Assembly (NCBI GenBank): GCA_002793035.1
Contig: PFPL01000047.1
Coordinates: forward strand, 1 to 28,059
DNA length: 28,059 nt
Source of the DNA: Candidatus Magasanikbacteria bacterium CG_4_10_14_0_2_um_filter_33_14
GTDB lineage: Bacteria; Patescibacteriota; Patescibacteriia; Magasanikbacterales; UBA922
Direction: 5' to 3'
Part shown: in pieces, positions 8,776 through 17,560 of the stretch
Layout: each line of letters begins with the position of its first letter
Position numbering within the stretch: position 1 is the first letter of the stretch
The notes under the pieces: model-generated
Told to the model about the DNA's origin: nothing
Databases searched by the model: none
Seen by the model: the letters and a program-made list of their open reading frames with translations, nothing else
Translations under genes and position numbers: made by a program

Positions 8776-10827
8776 ATGTTAGAAATTATTACATCATCAA
8801 TTAGCTTTTTTACGTTACTTTCTTTTTTTGGAGTTGGTGCAGTAGGTTCTTTGTTAGTACATAAAAATAACAAAAATGCCAATGCTTGGAGTAGTTTTTT
8901 TGCTATTGTAGGTTCATTCTGGGGTGTGTTTTTTTCCATTATTATGATTTTAAGGAAGAAGAGTTTACTGTTTGATTTGAAAACATCAATTTTTTCACTT
9001 TTTAATATATCTTTTCATATTGATTTATTATCTAGTTTTTTTATTTTTGTTATTTCTTTGTTAGCATTATTTTGTTCTATTTATGGTATAGGATATATTA
9101 GACATTATTACAAAAAATATGATATTGGTGTTTTAGGATTTTTTTATAATTTATTTATTGGTAGTTTGTTTTTAGTTGTTACTTCTTCCAATGCTTTATT
9201 TTTTTTAATTTTTTGGGAAATCATGTCGATTGCTTCATACTTTTTAGTTGTCTATGATAGTAATGATGAAAGCAATGTAAAAGCAGGTTTATTGTATTTG
9301 GTAATGACTTACATAGGAACATCTTTTATTATTTTGTCTTTCTTACTTTTGTATAAGTATATTGGATCTTTTGATTTTTTGGTGATAAAAGATAGTATAG
9401 CTCTTGTGCCTGCAGTTATAAAAAATATTGTTTTTATCTCTGCGTTTATAGGTTTTGGTTTGAAGGCTGGTATTATTCCTTTACATATTTGGTTGCCAGC
9501 AGCTCACCCTGCTGCCCCTTCTCATGTTTCAGCTTTGATGTCAGGGGTGATGATTAAGACTGGTATTTACATGATGATAAGATTGTTTTTGGATATTCTA
9601 CAACCAATACCACTTTGGTGGGGTTTGGTAGTTTTGGTGGTTGGGTCTATTTCAGCTTTACTTGGAGTTTTGTATGCACTTACTGAACATGATATAAAAA
9701 GATTGTTGGCTTACCATAGTATAGAAAATATTGGTATTATTTTGCTTGGTTTGGGGAGTGCATTGACTTTTTATTCCCTCAACTTATCAGCTTTAGCTTT
9801 GCTTGGTTTGGTAGCTGCCTTATTTCATACAATAAATCATGCTATTTTCAAGGCTCTACTTTTTTTGAGTGCAGGATCTGTTATCAATGAAACACATACT
9901 CGTAATATGGAGGAATATGGTGGACTTATAAAGTATATGCCACAAACAGCCTTGTTTTTTCTTGTTGGATCCATTGCAATTTCTGCCTTGCCACCGTTTA
10001 ATGGTTTTTTTAGTGAGTGGTTGACTTACCAAGCTTTGTTTCAAGGAATAGCGCAAATGCATTTTTGGACACAGTGGATTTTTATTTTAGCTGCCGGTTC
10101 ATTAGCCTTTACTGGTGGCTTAGCTCTAGCTTGTTTTGTCAAAGCTTTTGGTGCTACATTTTTGGCACGTCCTCGAAGTAAGGAGGTAACTCATGCTAAA
10201 GAGTCTGCTTTATCTATGCGTTTAGGTATGGGTTCTTTGGCAGTATTAGCACTTTTGTTTGGTGTTTTTTCTGGTTATATAATTAGTTTACTTAAAACAA
10301 TTGGACAAGGTCTAAGTGTTTTTAAAGATTCAGCTTCGGCTGTAGATGTTTCATCTGCTCAAATTATAAACGTCTCTAATGGATTTTCTGTAATCTCTGG
10401 TTTTGGAATTTTTACTTTGTTGGTTGTTATTACTTTTTTGGTAATTTTTATCTTTAAAAAAATAATCAATAATAAACAAAAAGAATGTATCAGTAATACT
10501 TGGGATTGTGGTACAGATTTGAGTCCACGTGCGGAAATAACTGCAACAGGATTTTCAAGATCAATTGTTCAAATATTTAGTGGTTTGTTAAAACCAACTA
10601 TTCAACATCATATTGAATATTATGATGATGAAAATAGGTATTTACCAAAATCAAGGACAGTTACTCTAAATATTGGTAACATGTATCATACTTATTTTTA
10701 TCAGCCTTTACATTTAGTAATTAACAAATTATCAACTAGAGCTAGAGATATACAAAATGGAAATATTGATCTTTATATTTCTTATATTTTTATTGCACTT
10801 ATGTTAGCTCTATTAGTAATATTATAA
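8776..10827 (+). CDS. HyfB/NuoL/MrpA-like antiporter-type membrane subunit
   Basis: Polytopic protein of 683 aa with the signature WLPAAHPAAPSHVSALMSGVMIKTGIYMMIR plus HSIENIGIILLG and HAIFKALLFLSAG. Confidence 0.88.
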   Translation: MLEIITSSISFFTLLSFFGVGAVGSLLVHKNNKNANAWSSFFAIVGSFWGVFFSIIMILRKKSLLFDLKTSIFSLFNISFHIDLLSSFFIFVISLLALFCSIYGIGYIRHYYKKYDIGVLGFFYNLFIGSLFLVVTSSNALFFLIFWEIMSIASYFLVVYDSNDESNVKAGLLYLVMTYIGTSFIILSFLLLYKYIGSFDFLVIKDSIALVPAVIKNIVFISAFIGFGLKAGIIPLHIWLPAAHPAAPSHVSALMSGVMIKTGIYMMIRLFLDILQPIPLWWGLVVLVVGSISALLGVLYALTEHDIKRLLAYHSIENIGIILLGLGSALTFYSLNLSALALLGLVAALFHTINHAIFKALLFLSAGSVINETHTRNMEEYGGLIKYMPQTALFFLVGSIAISALPPFNGFFSEWLTYQALFQGIAQMHFWTQWIFILAAGSLAFTGGLALACFVKAFGATFLARPRSKEVTHAKESALSMRLGMGSLAVLALLFGVFSGYIISLLKTIGQGLSVFKDSASAVDVSSAQIINVSNGFSVISGFGIFTLLVVITFLVIFIFKKIINNKQKECISNTWDCGTDLSPRAEITATGFSRSIVQIFSGLLKPTIQHHIEYYDDENRYLPKSRTVTLNIGNMYHTYFYQPLHLVINKLSTRARDIQNGNIDLYISYIFIALMLALLVIL

Positions 10828-10831
10828 TTTT

Positions 10832-11758
10832 ATGTTAGTTTTTATTTGGATAATACAATTAATTTTTATACCATTTTTTTCACCATTGTGTATTGGTATC
10901 ATTAGAAAGATAAAAGCTAAATTGCAAAATCGTCAAGGTGCAAATATTTTTCAACCCTATAGGGATCTTTGGAAACTTTTACACAAAGATGAAGTAATAA
11001 GTAGTGATGCTTCTTGGATTTTTAAATTTACTCCTTATATTATTTTTGCTGTGACTTTGGTCGTTGGTCTTAGCGTCCCTCTTTTTTTACCACGTATTGT
11101 AGGTTTTGTTACTAGTGATATATTGTTTATTGTTTATGCTTTAGCTATTAGTACTTTCTTTATGGCTTTAGCTGGTATGGATACAGGAAGTGCTTTTGGT
11201 GGCTTTGGCTCAAGTCGTGAAATGACTATTGCAGCTTTAGCTGAAGGTGGTTTTATTTTTTCACTTTTGACTATGGCTTTGATAGCTGGTTCTAGTAATT
11301 TGTTTACCATAGCTGGTCTTACTAGATCAATTGATAGTCAATCATTTTTGCCAGCCATATTGGCTTTTGGAGGCTTTTTTATTATTTTATTGGCTGAGAC
11401 TTCCAGATTTCCTTTTGATAACCCTGCTACTCATTTGGAATTGACTATGGTTCATGAAGCTATGATTTTGGAATGTTCAGGTAAACGTTTAGCACTTATG
11501 GAATGGGCAGCTTCAAATAAGTTACTTATTTTTATGTCTCTTGGTGCTAATTTATTTTTTCCATTTGGACTTGATTTGAATGTTGGTTTGGGTACAATAG
11601 TCTTGGGTATGTTTTACTTTTTAATAAAAATATTTTTGTTTTGTGTGGTTGTAGCTCTTTTAGAATCAAGTATCGCTAAATTTAGATTTTTTCGCTTACC
11701 AGATTTATTGCTAGTTTCTTTTATTTTCAATGTGGTGGCCATTGGACTTATAAAGTGA
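10832..11758 (+). CDS. HyfC/HycD/NuoH-like membrane subunit
   Basis: Polytopic protein of 308 aa. It contains the ETSRFPFDNPATHLELTMVHEAMILECSG motif (the NuoH-type E..R.PFD..E.E.EL pattern). Size and position match HycD/HyfC. Confidence 0.82.
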   Translation: MLVFIWIIQLIFIPFFSPLCIGIIRKIKAKLQNRQGANIFQPYRDLWKLLHKDEVISSDASWIFKFTPYIIFAVTLVVGLSVPLFLPRIVGFVTSDILFIVYALAISTFFMALAGMDTGSAFGGFGSSREMTIAALAEGGFIFSLLTMALIAGSSNLFTIAGLTRSIDSQSFLPAILAFGGFFIILLAETSRFPFDNPATHLELTMVHEAMILECSGKRLALMEWAASNKLLIFMSLGANLFFPFGLDLNVGLGTIVLGMFYFLIKIFLFCVVVALLESSIAKFRFFRLPDLLLVSFIFNVVAIGLIK

Positions 11759-11796
11759 ACTTAAAATATTTTTTTGATTTTTTTATTTGATAATTT

Positions 11797-12444
11797 ATGA
11801 ATTTATTAACTTTACAGTTTTTATCACAGATACTCCTATTATCTATTGTTTTTTTACTTATCATGAAGAAAAATTTTTCGGCTGTTTCTGCTTATAGTTT
11901 GCAATCATTGGTAGTGGTTATCATATTGTTGAACTCATTTTTTGAAACCAAAGACATGTGGATGTTGCTAGTTATCTTGGTGATGTTGATTGTCAAAGTT
12001 ATTTTGGCTCCTGTATTTTTTATTCGTTTGATTAGAAAGTATGCTTTGGCTTTCTCGGTTAGTACTTATCTTAGCACACCTATAACATTAATCATTATTA
12101 CAATCTTAGTATTCATAGCTCACTCTCAAAAATTAATTCCTTTGACTAGGATCGTTCCTGATCACCAGGTCTTGTTATCACTGGCCTTGTCATCACTGTT
12201 TCTTTCTCTATTTTTGATAGTAAATCGTAAAGGTGCTTTGTCACAAATTATAGGTATTTTATCTTTTGAAAATAGTATTGTCGTGTTTGCTGTTTTTGCT
12301 AATTTGGAACAGTCAGCTGCTCTTCAATTAGGAATTGTTTTTGATATTTTCATTTGGATTATGATTGCCTCCGTTTTTATATCAATGCTTTATAAACATT
12401 TTGGAACATTGAATGTATCTTCTATGAAAAATCTAAAAGATTAA
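11797..12444 (+). CDS. HyfE-like small membrane subunit
   Basis: The 215-aa length matches HyfE. The C-terminal region LSQIIGILSFENSIVVFAV...MLYKHFGTLNVSSMKNLK parallels the E. coli HyfE C-terminus (ENG...THGTLDVNNLTALK), recalled from memory. Confidence 0.8.
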   Translation: MNLLTLQFLSQILLLSIVFLLIMKKNFSAVSAYSLQSLVVVIILLNSFFETKDMWMLLVILVMLIVKVILAPVFFIRLIRKYALAFSVSTYLSTPITLIIITILVFIAHSQKLIPLTRIVPDHQVLLSLALSSLFLSLFLIVNRKGALSQIIGILSFENSIVVFAVFANLEQSAALQLGIVFDIFIWIMIASVFISMLYKHFGTLNVSSMKNLKD

Positions 12445-12448
12445 AAAT

Positions 12449-13894
12449 ATGGAAATTCTTTTTATCATTACAACTTTGTTTATAGTCGCTGTTATAAATT
12501 TGATTACCAAAAGAAAAAGTATTATTGAAGTTGCTTCAATAATTGCTTCCTTAATTTATTTAGTATTATCTGTTGCTATAGCCCTACAGGTGTCTTCATC
12601 TGGCCTCTATGCCCCATGGTCTTGGCAATTTTTTGCAATTGATGATCTAGGAGCTATTATTGTACTGGTTCTTGGGTTGGTTGGTTTTACGACTACTATT
12701 TATTCTGTACAATACTTACGTCAGGAGATGTACAAAAATATCATTGGTTTCAAACGAATGAAACAATATTTTGTTTTATTAAACATATTTTTTGCAGCTA
12801 TGTTTTTGGCGATTACTTCTAGTAATCCCATTTTTGCTTGGATTTCTATTGAGGCTACAACTTTGTCTACAGCCTTTTTGATAAGTTTTTATAATAAACC
12901 ATCAGCTGTTGAAGGTGCTTGGAAATATTTAATCATTAACTCTGTTGGGTTACTTTTGGGATTTTTTGGAACTTTATTATTTTTTACTTCTATTGATTTG
13001 TCTAGTGCCGGTTTAATTAATTGGCAGTTACTGACTGCTAATGCTACACACCTCGACCCATTACTTGCAAAAATTGCCTTTGTTTTTGTACTTATTGGTT
13101 ATGGAACTAAAGTTGGTTTGGTACCAATGCATACCTGGAAACCTGATGCTTATAGCAAAGCACCTGCACCGATTGGTGCCTTATTGTCTAGTGCCTTATT
13201 ACCAATTGCCTTTGTAATAATACTTAGATACAAAGCCATTACAGATATTGTTGTTGGTCCTTTGTTTAGTCAGAGATTGTTTATTACTTTTGGTTTATTA
13301 TCTATTGTTGTGGCTGCTTTGATTATGTTTAACGCTAAAAATTACAAAAGACTTTTGGCTTATTCTAGTATTGAAAATGCCGGAGTGATGGTTCTTGGTT
13401 TTGCTTTTGGTGGCTTAGGTGTCTTTGCCGCTGTGCTTCATTTAATTTATCATTCTTGTGTTAAAGTTGTACTTTTTTTATCTTCGGGAAACTTGTTGCT
13501 TAAATACAATTCAGCCAAAATTTTTAATATCAAAGGTGCTTTAAAAATTATTCCAGTAACTAGTGTACTTTTTATTATAGGATTTTTGATTGTAACAGGT
13601 ATCCCGCCATTTGGTATGTTTATGACCAAACTTTATGTGTTGTCATCTGGTATGAAAGAGTATCCTATTGTTAGTTTAATTGCTTTGTTTTTTTTAGCAT
13701 TGGTTTTTGTAAGTTTTCTAAAATACATTACAACTATGTTTTTTGGAGACAAACCGGATAACATTGAGAAGGGCGAAAATAATATTTGGCTTTTGATACC
13801 ACAAATTTTTTTGGTAGTTGTTATTATTATTCTGAGTTTTTATTTACCACCTTTTTTACATACTTTAATCAACAATGTTGTTTTGCAATATTAA
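12449..13894 (+). CDS. HyfD/HyfF/NuoM-N-like antiporter-type membrane subunit
   Basis: Polytopic protein of 481 aa with VPMHTWKPDAYSKAPAPIGALLSSALLP and AYSSIENAGVMVLGF, typical of the NuoL/M/N-Mrp antiporter family. Confidence 0.85.
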   Translation: MEILFIITTLFIVAVINLITKRKSIIEVASIIASLIYLVLSVAIALQVSSSGLYAPWSWQFFAIDDLGAIIVLVLGLVGFTTTIYSVQYLRQEMYKNIIGFKRMKQYFVLLNIFFAAMFLAITSSNPIFAWISIEATTLSTAFLISFYNKPSAVEGAWKYLIINSVGLLLGFFGTLLFFTSIDLSSAGLINWQLLTANATHLDPLLAKIAFVFVLIGYGTKVGLVPMHTWKPDAYSKAPAPIGALLSSALLPIAFVIILRYKAITDIVVGPLFSQRLFITFGLLSIVVAALIMFNAKNYKRLLAYSSIENAGVMVLGFAFGGLGVFAAVLHLIYHSCVKVVLFLSSGNLLLKYNSAKIFNIKGALKIIPVTSVLFIIGFLIVTGIPPFGMFMTKLYVLSSGMKEYPIVSLIALFFLALVFVSFLKYITTMFFGDKPDNIEKGENNIWLLIPQIFLVVVIIILSFYLPPFLHTLINNVVLQY

Positions 13895-15470
13895 TATGAT
13901 AAAAGAAAAAATACAATTATATCTTCCAGAAAACGTAAATGTTGATTATCACGATAATTTGGCTATTTTTGAAGTGTCTTCTTCACAAATAGGGGATGTT
14001 GTTAATGATTTGCATAATCAAAAAAAACTTCCACTTAAGTTAGTTACTGTAACAGATGAAAGAAAAGAAAATGGGTCATTTAAAATTTGGTATTTATTTG
14101 GAGTGCCTGGTGATAATTTTTTTATGTGTCCTTTTGTTGTGTTGAAAAATACGATTGAATTTCCTTCATTGGCTAACATTGTACCTGAAATATTAAATTA
14201 TGAGAGAAAAATACAAACTTTTTTTGGTCTCAAAGCACTAGGCATACCAGATAATAGAGCTCTCATTTTACATGAAAATTATCCAAGTGATGTTTTTCCT
14301 CTTCGAAAAGATTTTGAGTGGAAAACTAAATTAAAAAAGTCTACTGGAAAATATGATTTTCAAGAAGTAAAAGGTGAAGGGATTTATGAGATTCCAGTTG
14401 GACCAATACATGCTGGTATTATTGAGCCTGGACATTTTCGTTTTAGTATGGTTGGAGAAAGTATTGTACAACTTGAACCACGCTTGGGTTATGTACACAA
14501 AGGTAGTGAAAAATTATTTGAAGTTCTTCCTCTTGAAGATAAAGTGCGCTTGTCAGAAAAAATTTCTGGTGATAGTTCTTTTAGTCATTCTTTAGCTTTT
14601 TGTCAGACAATAGAAAAACTAGCTGAAATTAATGTGACAAAACGTGCTTTATACTTGAGAACTATTTTTGCTGAATTGGAAAGACTGGCTAATCATTTTG
14701 GTGATATTGGAGCTATTATGATGGATACTGGTTTTAGTTTTGGTGGGGCTAATGGTTCACGTTTACGTGAGATGATTATGCAAATAAATGAAAAATTAAC
14801 AGGAAGCAGATTTTTGCGTCGAGTCAATACTATTGGCGGTGTAAAGAAAGACTTGAATAATGACAATAAAGATTATTTAAATAAGATATTAATAGATATT
14901 AGCAAAGATTTTGAAGAAGTTGTAGAAATTGCTGAAAATAGTGCTTCTGTATTGAATCGGCTCAAAGGTACAGGTATAATCTCTTTTGAGATAGCTAATA
15001 ATCTTGGTCTTGTAGGAGTAGCAGGTAGAGCAGTTGGTATAAAACGTGATACACGTATCGATCATCCTTATGCAGCTTATTTAGAAGTTTCTATGGGGCA
15101 AATACCTATCGAAGAAGAAGGGGACGTAAATGCTAGATTTCAAATTCGTCTTAAAGAAATTCGTAAATCATTAAATATAATACAAGAGTCTTTGCAAAAA
15201 ATGCCTGATGGTGAAATCGCTATTTCAAACAATGTCAATCTCATTATGAAAAAGAGTTCCTATGATGTTAGCATGGTTGAAGGTTGGCGTGGGGAAATAG
15301 TCTATTTTGTGGCTACAGATTCACAAGGAAACATTAGCAGAGTGTTCCCAAGAGATCCTTCATTTATCAACTGGTCAGCACTTGGAGAAGCTGGTTTGAA
15401 TAATATTGTACCTGATTTTCCTCTGATTAATAAGAGTTTTAATTTGTCTTATACAGGAAATGACCTATAA
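13875..15470 (+). CDS. HycE/HyfG-like fused NuoC-NuoD large-subunit homologue lacking all [NiFe] cysteine ligands
   Basis: The N-terminal part is NuoC-like. The NuoD/large-subunit core shows VGPIHAGIIEPGHFRF, EPRLGYVHKGSEKL and ELERLANHF. The N-terminal CxxC position reads S231-G-D-S234 and the C-terminal DPCxxC position reads N-L-S525-Y-T-G528. An alternative start at 13896 (MIKEK) would remove the overlap with the upstream gene. Confidence 0.88.
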   Translation: MLFCNINMIKEKIQLYLPENVNVDYHDNLAIFEVSSSQIGDVVNDLHNQKKLPLKLVTVTDERKENGSFKIWYLFGVPGDNFFMCPFVVLKNTIEFPSLANIVPEILNYERKIQTFFGLKALGIPDNRALILHENYPSDVFPLRKDFEWKTKLKKSTGKYDFQEVKGEGIYEIPVGPIHAGIIEPGHFRFSMVGESIVQLEPRLGYVHKGSEKLFEVLPLEDKVRLSEKISGDSSFSHSLAFCQTIEKLAEINVTKRALYLRTIFAELERLANHFGDIGAIMMDTGFSFGGANGSRLREMIMQINEKLTGSRFLRRVNTIGGVKKDLNNDNKDYLNKILIDISKDFEEVVEIAENSASVLNRLKGTGIISFEIANNLGLVGVAGRAVGIKRDTRIDHPYAAYLEVSMGQIPIEEEGDVNARFQIRLKEIRKSLNIIQESLQKMPDGEIAISNNVNLIMKKSSYDVSMVEGWRGEIVYFVATDSQGNISRVFPRDPSFINWSALGEAGLNNIVPDFPLINKSFNLSYTGNDL

Positions 15471-15493
15471 AATACTATAGTTTGTCTTAGTTT

Positions 15494-15527
15494 AAAAAAC
15501 ATCAACTATTACAGATTGATGTTTTTT
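15494..15527 (+). terminator. Rho-independent terminator ending the Hyf-like operon
   Basis: aaaaaacatcaa ... ttgatgtttttt: a 6-bp core stem (catcaa/ttgatg) with an A-run upstream and a T-run downstream, 24 nt after the stop. Confidence 0.7.
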
Positions 15528-15557
15528 GTTGTTTTAGGTATTTATCCACCGTTACTC

Positions 15558-15586
15558 TTGAAATTAATATGAAATTAGCGTATAAT
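15558..15586 (+). promoter_or_regulatory. Sigma70-type promoter for the CBS/permease pair
   Basis: TTGAAA (15558-15563), a 17-nt spacer, then a perfect TATAAT (15581-15586). It lies about 70 nt upstream of the ATG at 15655. Confidence 0.55.
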
Positions 15587-15654
15587 ATTGTCTGTTCTAA
15601 AAGTAAAATTAAGGCAAAAAGCAATTTTTAATTTATCTATAACATATACAATAT

Positions 15655-16125
15655 ATGACAGAACAAGAAAAATATCTTGTCAGAAACAACATGCAAAATG
15701 TTGTGACATCGGTAAATATTAATGCTACTTTTAGTGAAGCATTACAAAAAATGGTCGACGGACGTACCAATGGTTTGGTTGTCGTTGATGATGAAAATTA
15801 TGTAAAAGGTATTCTATCTAGTATAGACTTGATTAGTTATTTGGTACCTGACTATTTAGAGGAGGATAAACATTTAGCTGCTTTTGAAGTTGCTGAAGAA
15901 TTTACAACCAGAATTAAAGAAATTGAAAATGAACCAATTACCAAATTTATGACAAAAGATGTTCATACTATTAAAGAAGATCGTACTTTGATGGAAGCTG
16001 CTACTATTCTTTCAGAGTTCAAAATTCGTCAGATTCCTGTAGTAAATGAGGAAGAAAAATTGGTTGGCTATATCAATCGTACTGACATTAAAAAAGCTAT
16101 TGCCCATGTTTTGGGAATTCATTAA
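15655..16125 (+). CDS. CBS-domain pair protein
   Basis: 156 aa with two CBS-like repeats (VVTSVN...GLVVVDDENYVKGILSSIDL and VHTIKED...IRQIPVVNEEEKLVGYINRTDI). Confidence 0.8.
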   Translation: MTEQEKYLVRNNMQNVVTSVNINATFSEALQKMVDGRTNGLVVVDDENYVKGILSSIDLISYLVPDYLEEDKHLAAFEVAEEFTTRIKEIENEPITKFMTKDVHTIKEDRTLMEAATILSEFKIRQIPVVNEEEKLVGYINRTDIKKAIAHVLGIH

Positions 16126-16152
16126 TAAAAATAATAAAGATTTATAAATTAT

Positions 16153-17427
16153 ATGGGAATTTCTTTTTGGATTACGCTCATTGTCTTTGTTGTTACCTAT
16201 GCTATAATAATTTCTGAAAAAGTTCATCGTACAGTCATTGCTATGGCTGGTGCAGGTCTTATGGTTTTGCTTGGTATTGTTACACAAGTAAAAGCTATTG
16301 AAGGAATTGATTTCAATACACTTGGACTTCTTATTGGTATGATGATTATCGTAGGAATTGCCAAGCATAGTGGAATGTTTCAATACGTTGCTATCTGGGC
16401 TACAAAAGTTGGTAAAGGAAATCCAACAAAAATTTATATTTTGTTGTTATCTATTATAGCCGTGTTTTCTGCTTTGCTCGATAACGTTACGACTGTCCTT
16501 CTTATGGTACCTGTTACTTTCGTAGTTGCTCACAACTTGAAAGTAAATCCTAAACCATTTTTGATTGGTGCAATTTTACTTTCTAATATTGGTGGTACAG
16601 CTACTCTTATTGGAGATCCACCAAACATTTTGATTGGTAGTGCTAGTGGTCTTACTTTCAATGATTTTATTGTGAATCTTGCTCCTATTTCTGTGTTAAT
16701 TTCTATAGTGACTATTGCACTTCTGATTTTTATTTATCGCAAACAACTTGTTGCAGCTCCAGAATCAGCAGCTATTATCGCAAAATTTAATCCAAAAGAT
16801 GCTATTTCTGATGTAAAACTACTTAAGAAATCTTTGTTTGTTCTTGCTATAGTTTTGGTAGGTTTCTTCACTCATGGAACTACACATCTTGAAGGTGCTA
16901 CTATTGCTCTTGGTGGTGCTGCTCTTATGTTACTTTTGACAATGCACGATCCTGAAGAACATTTGAAAGAAGTAGAATGGACAACGATTTTCTTCTTTAT
17001 GGGACTTTTCATTCTTGTAGTAGCTTTGGAAGAAGTTGGCGCAATTCGTATGTTGGCTGAAGGATTACTAAAACTTACAGGTGGTAATATGATTGCTACA
17101 ACCATGAGTGTTTTGTGGGGTTCTGCTGTATTTTCTGCTATTGTTGACAATATTCCTTTTGTAGCTACAATGATCCCTCTTATAAAGGATTTAGGTGCAA
17201 TTTCAGGCTTACCATTAGCACCATTGTGGTGGGTATTGGCTCTTGGTGCTGATATTGGTGGTAATGCAACTCTTGTTGGTGCTTCTGCCAATGTAGTAGT
17301 GAGTGGTATAGCTGGTAGAGAAGGACATAAGATTGGTTTTGGTGAATATATGAAGATTGCTTTACCTTTGACTTTTATAGGATTGGTCATGTGTTCAATT
17401 TACGTTTTCTTCCGTTATCTTGTTTAA
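16153..17427 (+). CDS. ArsB/NhaD-superfamily (CitMHS-like) ion/anion permease
   Basis: Polytopic protein of 424 aa with duplicated hairpin motifs SALLDNVTTVLLMVPV and SAIVDNIPFVATMIPL, plus GGTATLIGDPPNILIG. Confidence 0.8.
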   Translation: MGISFWITLIVFVVTYAIIISEKVHRTVIAMAGAGLMVLLGIVTQVKAIEGIDFNTLGLLIGMMIIVGIAKHSGMFQYVAIWATKVGKGNPTKIYILLLSIIAVFSALLDNVTTVLLMVPVTFVVAHNLKVNPKPFLIGAILLSNIGGTATLIGDPPNILIGSASGLTFNDFIVNLAPISVLISIVTIALLIFIYRKQLVAAPESAAIIAKFNPKDAISDVKLLKKSLFVLAIVLVGFFTHGTTHLEGATIALGGAALMLLLTMHDPEEHLKEVEWTTIFFFMGLFILVVALEEVGAIRMLAEGLLKLTGGNMIATTMSVLWGSAVFSAIVDNIPFVATMIPLIKDLGAISGLPLAPLWWVLALGADIGGNATLVGASANVVVSGIAGREGHKIGFGEYMKIALPLTFIGLVMCSIYVFFRYLV

Positions 17428-17451
17428 AAATTGATACAAATTAAGAAAAAA

Positions 17452-17481
17452 ATACATCCAGAAAGTGGATATATTTTTTTG
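17452..17481 (+). terminator. Rho-independent terminator after the permease
   Basis: Stem atacatcca / tggatatat (one mismatch), loop gaaag, followed by a run of seven T. Confidence 0.65.
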
Positions 17482-17560
17482 TTAAAATTGTGTTATAATA
17501 TAAAAATAAAGATAAAATTTTAGCTAAATTGTAACGTTTTTATAATTTTTACGACTACTA

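Noticed and set aside
14374-14595. 73-aa plus-strand ORF in an alternative frame within the large-subunit gene
   Set aside because: It overlaps the most conserved part of the NuoD-like core (GPIHAGIIEPGHFRF region) in another frame. Its composition is hydrophobic, repeat-like filler, and there is no evidence for an overlapping gene.
8232-15470. Calling this operon a functional formate-hydrogenlyase or energy-converting [NiFe] hydrogenase (hydrogenase-4)
   Set aside because: Homology to Hyf/Hyc subunits is clear. However, by my reading of the motifs the four NiFe cysteines and three of the four proximal-cluster cysteines are substituted. No HyfH/HycF ferredoxin subunit, formate dehydrogenase or hyp genes are present in the window. 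I therefore call the subunits Hyf-like rather than an active hydrogenase.
16012-16383. 123-aa minus-strand ORF spanning the CBS/permease junction
   Set aside because: It is antisense to two supported genes and to their short intergenic region. The translation is Asn/Lys/Phe-rich, as expected from A/T-rich antisense sequence.
16872-17390. 172-aa minus-strand ORF inside the permease gene
   Set aside because: It is antisense to a strongly supported polytopic permease CDS. Its Ala/Pro/Thr-rich, low-complexity translation is typical of the reverse frame of a membrane-protein gene.
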